64,000 nucleotides of DNA from Diplonema japonicum (lineage: Eukaryota > Protista > Euglenozoa: Diplonemea). Positions 54,280 to 64,000 of this stretch are shown here, in pieces. The stretch is taken from assembly GCA_964019335.1 (NCBI GenBank), contig OZ025675.1, positions 558,001 to 622,000 on the forward strand, written 5' to 3'. Positions within the stretch are counted from its first letter, which is position 1. Each line of letters opens with the position of its first letter. The notes under the pieces were generated by a model, which was not told where the DNA came from, made no database searches, and was given only the letters and a program-made list of their open reading frames with translations. The position numbers were made by a program, and so were the translations under genes.

Positions 54280-54385
54280 AAGAAAAACAGCATATTTGAT
54301 AATGAATTGTTTAAAAAAAAAATAATAAAAATAAAAAAAGAGTACTGGTGGGGTTGTCTAATCCCGGCTGTGTTCAAAACAATTA
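54280..54385. repeat. Family B repeat, inverted diverged copy
   Basis: tgataatgaattgtt...aaaaagagta.tggt...cccggctgtg..caaa matches the reverse complement of 17600-17705. Confidence 0.68.
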
Positions 54386-54818
54386 AACTGACTCGCGGCC
54401 ACCCTGCTGTATGCATTCGGTGCCGCACACTCTGGTGATGGGATCCTTCCTTGCAAAGGATTCCTCTACCGTGGATCAGATCACTCGACACAGCCGGGTC
54501 TGACCCTTCGCCCCCCCCCCCCCTCTCCTCTTCGTCCTCTCGTTCCCATTACAGTACAAAGGAAGAAAAAAGTGAAAGAGATAAAAAAAAAACACAGTGT
54601 TAGAAGTCGGGGGAGATATCCACTCTGAAGCAAGTAGCAAGAGGCAGACGGAAGAAGGAAAAAAAAGCGAATAAAACGAACCTTTCGAGTGCAACAGAAC
54701 ATAATAAAAAAAATGGGGCGGGGTAGGGGAGGGTGAAATGGTTAGGGATTCTTTTCTTTTTTTTTTTTTTCTCGAATAAATTATAATGCTATGTTTAAGA
54801 ATGATTTAGTAAACCTGT

Positions 54819-55325
54819 GCAGGCAAGGATTTACTTCCTTTTCCAGGTCTTATACCATATTATTTTCTTTTTTTTTCCCCCTTGCTTTTTTACTTCTTTT
54901 CGTTTATTGAACGCGGCAAGAAAGAAAAAGATATTTTTAAAAAATGAGTTCACCTGACCAACAGCACACGTGTCTCTTCTTTCTTTCTTTTTTTTTGCCA
55001 TTGTTCCCACTTTTTTTTTTCTTCTGTCTTTAAAACTAAAAATAATTCTTTATGACTATATGTCTTTGTTGTTCGCAGGCAAGGATTTACTTCCTTTTCC
55101 AGGTCTTATACCATATTATTTTCTTTTTTTTTTCCCCCTTGCTTTTTTACTTCTTTTCGTTTATTGAACGCGGCAAGAAAGAAAAAGATATTTTAAAAAA
55201 AATGAGTTCACATGACCAACAGCACACGTGTCTCTTCTTTCTTTCTTTTTTTTTTTCTTTTCCTTTTTTTTTTTTTTGCCATTGTTCCCACTTTTTTTTT
55301 CTTCTGTCTTTAAAACTAAAAAAAA
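54819..55325. repeat. Tandem duplication of a ~225-250 bp non-coding unit
   Basis: gcaggcaaggatttacttcc...ctttaaaactaaaaa at ~54819-55042 and ~55075-55322. Confidence 0.9.
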
Positions 55326-55647
55326 AAAAAGTTACCACAACTTTTAAGGATTCTCTCTTTATTTTTTTCCCTTAAAAAGGAGAAGGGAGAAAAAACAAAA
55401 ACAAAAAAAACAAGGAAAAAAAAAAAGAGAAAAAAAATCTAGACATTTGAGGTTCGCGTATTTCCGCGCTCACCAGCTAGTCCTCCGTCTTCACATCACT
55501 TTCTTCCAACTTCCACAGGGCGTGGCAGAGGTACCGGAACCTTCTTTACATCGTCGAATTTTGCGGGCCCTCGTCATGCCTCTGGAGGAAGAAAAGGACA
55601 AAAAGAGGGCAGGGGGATAGAAGAAGAATCGTTCTTTTTTTTTTTTT

Positions 55648-56166
55648 TCAAGGTGCAAACGTGAACAATGCCCTTGTAATGCGTCCCTGGCAGGCGGGGC
55701 ACTTCTTCTCCAAAAGTTTGTCATAGCATCCCCAGCACATCACAAGGTGCTGGCAATCTTCTATTAAGGTGTCTCGCTTACATGTCAAACAGACCGAGCA
55801 AGCGTCAGGAGCATCCTCAGGAAGGACGGTAGGTTGGTATGACAAAGGCGGGCAAAGATCAGGAGTGGAGAAGTTTGGCCGTGACCGAGGACGATGCGAC
55901 AACGAGTTCACGATATCAGTTAAAATACACCCAAATCCCACAAGGGACACCATCAACAACATGCGGTTTTGATACCTATTATTACAGTTGCCACTTGCAC
56001 CATGGCTTTGCGGCCTCCTAAGTGTTTCGGCCACGTGTAAAATCCTGTGCCGGCTCCCTTCATCACCGCCTTCACTCCCGCCAGCCTTACAGAAGGTTCC
56101 AAGTAATATTCCGATATAGCCGCTCACGACACTCAGCGGTAGCCTAGGCACCTCGTACCCGGGCAT
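55648..56166 (-). CDS. Small membrane-associated C3HC4 RING protein
   Basis: CSVC...CQHLVMCWGC...CPAC (IAP/MUL1-type RING) and two hydrophobic segments. Confidence 0.8.
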   Translation of the reverse strand: MPGYEVPRLPLSVVSGYIGILLGTFCKAGGSEGGDEGSRHRILHVAETLRRPQSHGASGNCNNRYQNRMLLMVSLVGFGCILTDIVNSLSHRPRSRPNFSTPDLCPPLSYQPTVLPEDAPDACSVCLTCKRDTLIEDCQHLVMCWGCYDKLLEKKCPACQGRITRALFTFAP

Positions 56167-56351
56167 TTTTTTTTTTCTTTTGTGTACCCCCACTTTCCTC
56201 TTCCCTTTTGGAGGGGGGTGTAGAACGACAGAAGAAGAAGAAGAAAAGAAGTGAAAAGAATTAAATGAAACAATACCCCCCTCCGCTCTTTGGATCCAAC
56301 CGGCTCAATAACCATGTTTAAGGACCGTTATTCTTTTTTTCCCCCCCCCCG

Positions 56352-58534
56352 TCAATCGATGATGATGAGCTCCTTGCAATCATTGGAGGATTCGTCGCTG
56401 TTCAAGGAGATTTGTCTCTTTGTCATGGATTTTTGCAACACCGGCCGTGCGATCCTTGGCCTCCCACGCTTCCTCTTCGGGGGAGGTGTATCCCCCCTGC
56501 TAGACGAGGAATCTAAATCAGAACCGGGAGGGGTACTCTTCCCAGACTTCCTTGGCCTCCCCCTTTGCCTCGCAGTTGGGTTAGAAGCCGCTTTTTCTTG
56601 CGAGCTACAAACTGCTTTTTTTGGCTGTGAGTAGGGTTTATAGACGGGACCAGAGGAGATATCGGAAGGTGTTGAAGACGTAGATGACGAAGAAGAAGAA
56701 GAAGAGGAAGAAGAGGAGGAGCAAGAAGACGAAGAAGAGGAAGGCGGAGATAGCTGCCTCTTTGACCTCACGCTTCTCTTCTTCGCAGAAGGAGGGGGCG
56801 TTGCAGGAAGGGGCGTTCTAAATTCCGAGCTGTTAGTGTCCTCCTCTTCCTCCTCCTCCTCCTCCTCCTCCAACATCGATGAAGACGAAGAGCTCTCTGT
56901 CGGTTCTGAAAGAACTTCTTCCCCGTCCATCTGCTTGACCAGCAGTGATGCGCAAGTCCTGTGCCCTCCTCTCCGGGCTATGTTCAGGGCGGTTTCAGAA
57001 TCTGTTGATGGTTCACTTTTTTTTTTTTTTTTTTTTTTTTTTGTCAGGTACCTGCGTTCAGTTCCGACGTCTCAATCTCATTGTGGCGCAGCAACACCTT
57101 GACACACTCGGTTCTCCCAAGATACGCTGCGGTGTGCAACGCCGTTGAGCCCTCCCCGTCTTTCCTGTTCACGCGGACCTCCGGCGATTCCAAAACCACA
57201 GCAAGACATTCCGGCGTATCATGTTTGATGGGCAGGAGCATGCATTCATATCTGTCGGCATCTGACAGTCCGAGAAGGGTGCGTGCAGTGTGGGGGTATC
57301 CATGCCGCAGGGCGGCGAAAAGAGAGTTTTGTATAAAATCCCGCTTGGCAGCCGGCGTGGTCCTGCTGTGGTTTATAACCATGAGGAGAACTGCGACATG
57401 ACCGCGGCCTACTGCGGCATCGACGGATGATGTCAAACAGCGCCACAAGGCGTCGGCAGATATCTGTGGGATGTGCCCGAGGAGGCACTCTGCACATGGT
57501 ATGTCATGTGACTCAAGTACGAGCGTCGCCAGCTTTTTGATTTCCCGCGGAGGGAGCTTCGGGAACTCCGACACGATTTCTTTCACGCACGTTACATGCC
57601 CCAGTGCGAAGGCGGTGTGCAGCGCGTTTTTATTATTCTTGCAGTGATGCGCTGTTTTGACTAGGTCGGCATGCGCAAGCAGTGCCCGAAGGCATTCGGT
57701 GTGACCTTCCTCCGCAGCAATATGGAGCGCCGTCGAACCCTCGTCGTCTCTGCTGGTTATGTCGACTTCGGGGCATCGAAGCAAGCATTCAATACAGTTT
57801 ACTGAACCGACCTCTGCCGCGATGTGCAACGGTGTGGACCCGTCCTCGTCCCGTGCGTTGGGGTCGGCATCAGGGTGCTGCAACAGCCTTTCAAGGCACG
57901 GCGAAAAATCGTAGTCGCACGAAATGTGCAGCGGAGTGGACCCGAGGCTGTCCTGCTGATTCACATCGACCCCGTTTATCTTTAACACCTCATCTAAGAC
58001 GCTTTCAAACCCGTGGTGCGCCGCGAGATGCAGGGCTGTGTACCCTTCGTCGTCATCTGTACGTATATTCGGATCAAGATGCTGGACCTCTGCCAGAGTC
58101 TGCACACACAGTGGTAAATTGTTCTCAGATGCCTCGTGCAACAAGGTCATCCCTTCCGGGTTCGTGTACCCATTCAAATCAAATCCTGTGGCGAGAAGTA
58201 GTCGCAGGAGGCGGGACTTCTCACGCTCTGCGATTGCTAGATTTCCCAAAATTTCCGGTTCCTTGACGCTGATCCCTATTTTCTTTAGCTCTTCTGAGGC
58301 AGCAAATTTTTCGTCGAGTACTACATGGAGCATTCCCTGATCCTGTAGAGGGTACTCCGAGACCCTCTCTCCATTTTGCATCACGTTGTCCTCGTAGTGA
58401 AGCTCAAAGCTACTTCCGGCGAGCCCCGCTTCAGTGCTGATTCGGCGTTTCAAGTCATCGACAAGTTCGCTTCCCTGTGCCTCAAGACAGAACGACTCCT
58501 GTGAAGGGAGGCCGATCTGAAGGTCCACCGACAT
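56352..58534 (-). CDS. Ubiquitin-like + ankyrin-repeat + acidic/Ser-rich + two AT-hook protein; intron 57002-57051
   Basis: N-terminal Ubl-like segment (VDDLKRRI..EAG...L.Y); many G.T.LH.AA repeats; the 50-nt GTACCT...CATCAACAG intron continues into an ankyrin (SETALNIARRGGHRTCASLL) in frame with ORF 56352-56930, which carries RGRPRK and KRGRPR. Confidence 0.85.
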
Positions 58535-58810
58535 TGCTGTTCCCCCCCTCCTCCCTTTGGCGAGTTTTCTTTTTTTCTTCTTTTTTCCTAACAATAACCA
58601 TAGATTTCTTTTTGCAAGAAAAAGAAGAAGGACAGGAGAGGCGAGAGAAAGAAAGAGAGAGAGAGCGAAAGAGGAGTTGACCGTTGTGTTCGTGCCCGTG
58701 TTGTAAAGCCTGGCAACACGTAGCAACGGGACAAATAAAGACATTCGAGTGCTTCGCAGAAGAAGTCCCTTAAGTCGAAGCCCAGGACTCTTTTTTTACA
58801 AAAGAAAATA

Positions 58811-59063
58811 CTGTAAAATGAAAAACACCCGGAGGGACAAACGTCGGGATCTTGGGACTCCGGTCCGGGAATTTTTCTTCAACCCTGGCCTGGGTGGGCT
58901 GACTTCATTGGCTGAATCATCGTTCGTCAATGAAGGCCCTGACTTCCATGGCGAAGGTCCCTGCCCTATCTTTGTCCCCTGGGGGGGGGGGGGGGGCTGC
59001 GGCTGGTATAGTATTCATAGGGTTCAGTATGCCTCCAAAGTCCACGAGGTCCGTTTTTCCCAG

Positions 59064-59104
<41 letters not shown>

Positions 59105-59580
59105 GGCTTTGATTGCAACACTAGGTGGCGTTAAGCGTGCAATGAAGCACGAACTACCTACTTGATTACAGGGGGCGCTCCTCGGCCGAGCAGTAGCTTC
59201 TTCTGCGTTCCGCGTCGTGTCCTTAATGCGTGCGGTGTGCTCAACCCTAGCCGGGGCGTCCCGGGTAACCAAGATTCTGCGTTCGTGCAGTTTGCTGCCT
59301 GTTCGTCACCCTGAGCATCTGCGTTACGTTCTTCCACTCGGGCGCTACGGTGATGACCGACGAGGAGGTCAACAGCGAACAACACATCTGATGTACTTCT
59401 TATATTTCCATGTTATCCCCACCACCCAAAAAAAAAACCGGGGGTTCTGCTTCAGAAAACTCTTGGACTGATAAACTTCCGGGTTATTTTGGCATCCGGG
59501 AGTTTGTCCGTCCGGGCATTTTTCCTTCCGAACATTTGTCCGTCCGAACATTTGTCCGTCCGACTTATTTCACTTTACAG
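58811..59580. mobile_element. Tc1/mariner-like non-autonomous element
   Basis: ta-ctgtaaaatgaaa ... tttcactttacag-ta TIRs with TA flanks; subterminal gga.ggacaaa / tttgtccgtcc repeats. Confidence 0.68.
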
Positions 59581-59640
59581 TAATATAAAAAAACTATTCT
59601 TTTAAGGTATGCGTTTTTGCGCTCACCGGCCGCGCTGTTC

Positions 59641-60580
59641 TTAGTCCCCGTTGTCCCCGTTCTGGGGGCTCTGGCGGGTTCCTACTGCGGTGGTAAAACT
59701 GCGGGGCAGCCTTGTCGGGGTCTGCGACAGGTACGTGTCACGCAAGCCTTCGATGCTGCTCATGGTTCGCTCCGGGAGTACTGGCCTCCTGTCATACCCG
59801 TGTGTGGTCGGTCCTCCTATACAGCGCAGGGAGTTGACGCGATCCACTCGCGCTGCTGGGAACGCCGTCCTTCTGCCATCAGCGTGGTACAGGTCCTGGA
59901 CACGTCTCAGCACATACCTCAGCCTCCTTGCCTTGACGCCCAGGTCCTCCACCTTGCCCACTTCCCCGCCGTCGTCTAGCGGCAGCTCCGTCTCCCGCTC
60001 GAAGTCGAGGGCAAGCTCCAGCGTCGTAACCGTCGTGTGCCGTCCAGGGGCGTCATCCCACAGCAAGCCACTCAGCCACCTCAGCACCGGCCCCAGCAGC
60101 CTGTCCATCACCTTCCCCGATGCTCCCAGCCCACGTAATTCGGCCACCGTCGGCGTCGGGTGTGCCCTTCCCGTCACGACCACCCGCCACGGGTATGTCT
60201 GCGTCTGCAATGCGCGGTTCGCTTCCACCGCCGTATCCCTCAGTGTGACCACCTCCAGCAGGTACCTTTGCACCAACAGGGCCCTCGGCTTGTCTTGGCA
60301 TCCCCTGGGCACTATCCCGTGGAGCGTCGTCGCGTTCGGCATGGTCGCCGGGTCGAGACTCGCATACTCTGCCTTGCCCCGCACCGCATCTCCGAGTTCG
60401 CATCGCCAGAGGGCGTGCTCCAGCACCTCGGTGTAGCTGCCGTAACGCTCCCCACACACGTCACAGAGGTGCTGCAGCGGGTTGTCCGGCCCCTCCGCCA
60501 CTCCCCGCACCGCAGGGTACACCGCAAACACCGCCCCAGCAATCAGCCTCCTCAACCTGTACGCCGCCATCGGGTTGTTC
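59641..60580 (-). mobile_element. 5'-truncated non-LTR retrotransposon (zinc knuckle plus C-terminal domain), uninterrupted frame
   Basis: RRLIAGAV, CDVC...EHALWRC, LHGIVPRG, QRYLL, LELALDFE, AFPA..RV.SL. Confidence 0.87.
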
Positions 60581-61060
60581 GCTAAAAAAAAGAATATATA
60601 AGAGATAAAAAAGGGCAGGGTTGGTGGCGGCACACCCACTGTCTACAGCTTCTGCTCTTCCACTAGGGTGCTACCGGTGATGAAAAAATGAATGCCCTTG
60701 CTCCTAAATATAGGTCGACTTTTGCTGCAATCGAGCATCCTTTCATGCAGCACAATCGAAGTAAAAGTCTTTACCCGACTTGCAAAATAAATCATAAATC
60801 ATGGAGAAGCTATGACACTTGCTCACATGTTAGTACTTTTTCTTCCTTATTTGTTGGAGGGGGGGAAGGGAAGAAAGAGAGAGAAAGCTACTATGCATCA
60901 ACAAATGAATGGGTGGAATAATAGTCTGTAGAAACAAACTATGTCCTGTGTCCGGTGTAAGGAGCCGTACGTACAGCCGTACGCCGTACGCACTTTTTCA
61001 GATTTTGCTGCGTACGCGTACGCCGACAACGTAGCCCCCCCCCCCCCCCCCCCCCCCAAC

Positions 61061-63295
61061 TCACAACGAGGTGATCGAGTCTTGAAGCAGGTCTGCTACG
61101 ACACGCAGTACGGCATCGTCCCCCGCATGCTGTCGGATCGTCTCGATTTCATGGTTAGAGAAGGCTGAAGCGTAAGAGGTGGACCAGCCCCAGGACTCCC
61201 CTGGGTCATTGTCTCTTGTGTCAAGCTGATAGACCAATATAGTGTCACTTGCACTGTTGATCTGCCCGACAGGCCGCGAGAAGAATTGAAGAGACACCTT
61301 AGCAGCTTCATCGCACGCAAACGAAGCACTAATGCCCAGCTCATGGTTAAGCCGCATAACCGCAATGCATCTCTGGAGGGCTGGACCCAAGGTCACGTAA
61401 AATCGTGTTTTCGCCGACCCAACGGCACCGTAGGATGCAGGGCCCGTTCCCACTCCCGTCACAACCAGGCCTTCCCAGCATGAGCCTGTTCTGCACAAAA
61501 TTGTATGCAAGGACGAAGTGAAGTACACCGCCTCTAAGACATGCGACGCACACTCATGTTGCAAATTCCACCCCAACGACACCTCAGTGCCTGTCACCGC
61601 CACCACTGTCCCACCGCTTTGCTCCACCAAGCTGCACACTGTGCTCAACAGCTCGCTCAGCTGCCCGTCGTTCTCGGTCTCCTCGCTTTTCATGGACATC
61701 AAGACCAAGCTCGCCGACTGCGTTGTCTGCAGCATCCTGTCTTCGTGTTTTGCAAGGCTCCACATCCTTCGCGGTGAAGTCACCACGGGTGAGCAAGCGG
61801 CTGACTTCTTTTTGCTCATTGTATCTATGATCTCAGGTGTGCGATTCGCCAAGGAGTGCGGCAGGATGAGGTAAACTATGGTCCCGCCTGAAATACCCTT
61901 CAAGGACATCCCCCCCAGGTCACGGATGTAGCAGTCCTTGTCTGTGAGGAGATCTCGCACGACCTGGGTCACATAGATGCCTCCGCCAGCACCGCAGCCC
62001 TCAACGCGAGCAGTCATATTGACGAGCTGACCGTGGTAGTCGAAACGGGAGGTGAGGGGGTTCAACTCTGGTGTCGCGTCACCGTAGTGGACACCTATGC
62101 GGATGCGGAGGCCGTTCCATATACCACCTTGTGTGCAGCATGCTGAAATGTCCTTCAAGCTGTCGTCCCAGGAGTGCGTGAACAGTAAGGTTTGGGCTTG
62201 TAAGGCAAACTTCACGGCCTCTTCAGCACAGTCGAAGGCAGCCATGAACGAGTCGCCGATGGTCTTCACCTCGTAGCCGTTCCACTCGATGAGGCATTGC
62301 CGTATGATGGCATTGTGGTCTGCTAGGGCATCCCGCATCTTCTCCCTCACAGCCTCCCAGATCACAGTTGACGACTCGATGTCGGTGAAAACGATGGCTG
62401 CGGTTTTACTGATGGCACCAGGCGGTTGAGACCGCAGCACCGGCGTGCTGGATTTCGATAGAGTCCTCTTGACTTCGAAGATGCCCGTGGGCAGGTACGG
62501 CCGGTAGTTCTCGAGGTTCGACAGAAGCTGGTAGAGGACATTCGTTATTTGCGAAGGCGGCACCATCGACAAGACCTCGCCTGCCTTCTCCAAGTCGAAG
62601 TCTACCATTGCATTGGCCACACTTTCCGTGGCCAGCAAGCCGTTTTCAAGCATTTCTTTTTCACGCTCCACCCTCTTCACGAACCGCCTTGTGTTATTAA
62701 AGTTGAACAGAACAACGCACAGCTGCAGGGCGGCGCTCGTCAGCATGATAGGGATTCCCACGGCACACGGCGGTTTCTCGCATGCCGTTGCTTCCCGCCG
62801 CTCCCCTTCAGATGCTGTCAGTAAAGGGATGTCAAAAAGCCCGAAACGCACCATTATTTCTACCGACCGAAGGCTAATCCAGAACAGAAACACCCCCGTA
62901 AAAGCCATGAGAACACGGTCGGGAAACCGCATGATAACGAGGGTGTCAAGAATGACGATGAACAGGGGCCAGGTTCCCTCGGACAGGAGCGACTGGAAGT
63001 ACATGTCGCTGAGGGCCACACATGTGGACATGACTGTAAAGTAAAAGATCACGATTCGGGGCTCCAACCGCTTCGTGTATATCATGTAGCCCAGCACACT
63101 CGCGGACACGATGCCTGCAAAGACCACCACCAGGAACGTCGGAGAGACTTCGCCGTTCGTCGCGATAGAGATCAGGCGAAGGATTGCCATCAGCATCGAC
63201 ACCACGCAGTACCATAGAACCAAACTCTTCCGCTTCTCCATCTCCTCTCCGTCCCTTGGGCTGTGAATTAGCCCACGAAGCCACATTAGGGGCAT
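61061..63295 (-). CDS. Multi-TM class III adenylyl cyclase with a second, degenerate cyclase-like domain
   Basis: ~6 TM helices, CEKPPC loop; VFTDIESST, YEVKTIGDSFM, RIGVHYG, FDYHGQLVNMTARVE retain both metal Asp, the ATP-specifying Lys/Asp and the Asn/Arg pair. Confidence 0.9.
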   Translation of the reverse strand: MPLMWLRGLIHSPRDGEEMEKRKSLVLWYCVVSMLMAILRLISIATNGEVSPTFLVVVFAGIVSASVLGYMIYTKRLEPRIVIFYFTVMSTCVALSDMYFQSLLSEGTWPLFIVILDTLVIMRFPDRVLMAFTGVFLFWISLRSVEIMVRFGLFDIPLLTASEGERREATACEKPPCAVGIPIMLTSAALQLCVVLFNFNNTRRFVKRVEREKEMLENGLLATESVANAMVDFDLEKAGEVLSMVPPSQITNVLYQLLSNLENYRPYLPTGIFEVKRTLSKSSTPVLRSQPPGAISKTAAIVFTDIESSTVIWEAVREKMRDALADHNAIIRQCLIEWNGYEVKTIGDSFMAAFDCAEEAVKFALQAQTLLFTHSWDDSLKDISACCTQGGIWNGLRIRIGVHYGDATPELNPLTSRFDYHGQLVNMTARVEGCGAGGGIYVTQVVRDLLTDKDCYIRDLGGMSLKGISGGTIVYLILPHSLANRTPEIIDTMSKKKSAACSPVVTSPRRMWSLAKHEDRMLQTTQSASLVLMSMKSEETENDGQLSELLSTVCSLVEQSGGTVVAVTGTEVSLGWNLQHECASHVLEAVYFTSSLHTILCRTGSCWEGLVVTGVGTGPASYGAVGSAKTRFYVTLGPALQRCIAVMRLNHELGISASFACDEAAKVSLQFFSRPVGQINSASDTILVYQLDTRDNDPGESWGWSTSYASAFSNHEIETIRQHAGDDAVLRVVADLLQDSITSL

Positions 63296-63491
63296 TTTGC
63301 TGTACTTGTCGATAGACAACAGCACACCCGCCCCCGCCTTTTTTTTTTTTTGTATTATTTTCAGTCGTTTGGAAGGTTTTAAAAAAAAGAATGGGGCGGG
63401 GGGAGGGGGGGGGGGGGGGTAGGAAAAAACGCACCTGAAAAAAAAAAGGAGAGAAACTGGGCATTTCTTATACTTTTCAAAAAAAAAAAGT

Positions 63492-63522
<31 letters not shown>

Positions 63523-63861
63523 CTCCCCGCGAAAAAAAAGGAGGGAAAAAACAAAAGGTGGGAAGAAAACACGAGGAGAGATTTTCATTTGGCCGGCGAT
63601 AATATCAAACGCATATGGTTTAAAAATGATAATAAAATTCTGTATTCTCTTTTGTGCCGAGTAAGGATTTTCTACTGCCGATAACCCGTGTCCTTTTTCC
63701 AAGCGTCTAGTGGCATGCAGCCCGGCCTGCCAAAACCAAAAACGGTAGTCGCTTAAGAACCCAAGGTAAAAGCTTCATCCCTGAGACACGAGTGGTTGCA
63801 TGAACTTCCAAAAGAAAAGAAGAAAAAACAGGTTTTGTCAGTGTGGCTGATAGGATTTTCT

Positions 63862-64000
63862 ATTTCACTCTTCGTCATTTCAGCCTTCATTTAACGCGAA
63901 ACGGCCATAATTTAACTAGTTAGTTGAGATTTTGGAGTTATATTATATAAGGGGCTTCAGAGTGAAAAAATGGGTCTTGTCGTAGAAAAAATGTACCCAA
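63862..64000 (-). repeat. Family A element, right end (continues beyond window)
   Basis: Diverged reverse complement of ~478-633. Confidence 0.82.

Noticed and set aside
56352-56930. Stand-alone AT-hook gene
   Set aside because: Better explained as the last exon of the ankyrin gene.
60960-61035. Cluster of cgtacg palindromes
   Set aside because: Too short and without a partner end or second copy in the window to call.

Overview
Eukaryotic (protist) genomic DNA, probably a euglenozoan and most likely a diplonemid. This is an inference from the single-strand gene cluster, short GT-AG introns, a euglenozoan-type LSU rRNA fragment and expanded Cys-rich and cyclase families. All ~11 protein genes and all five non-LTR retroelement pieces lie on the minus strand; intergenic DNA is dominated by homopolymer runs. 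Genes: two giant CAP/SCP + EGF-like-repeat membrane proteins (paralogues), two secreted sulfatases, an LVIVD-like beta-repeat protein, a receptor with tandem PstS-like phosphate-binding domains and a degenerate cyclase-like tail, a DEAD-box helicase with a long WG-repeat tail, an NTF2/SnoaL-like + zinc-finger protein, a RING protein, a spliced ubiquitin-like/ankyrin/AT-hook protein and a multi-TM adenylyl cyclase. Mobile DNA: a near-complete APE-RT non-LTR retrotransposon with a 2A-like NPGP peptide plus four 3' fragments, a decayed piggyBac whose empty-site paralogue is also in the window, Mutator-like, Tc1/mariner-like and Sola-like MITEs, and a hairpin-ended repeat family. The most intriguing items are the WG-tailed helicase (candidate Argonaute hook), the PstS receptor (candidate phosphate sensor), the CA-rich intron acceptors, and an intronic antisense LSU rRNA fragment. 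All calls are by eye; no searches were run.
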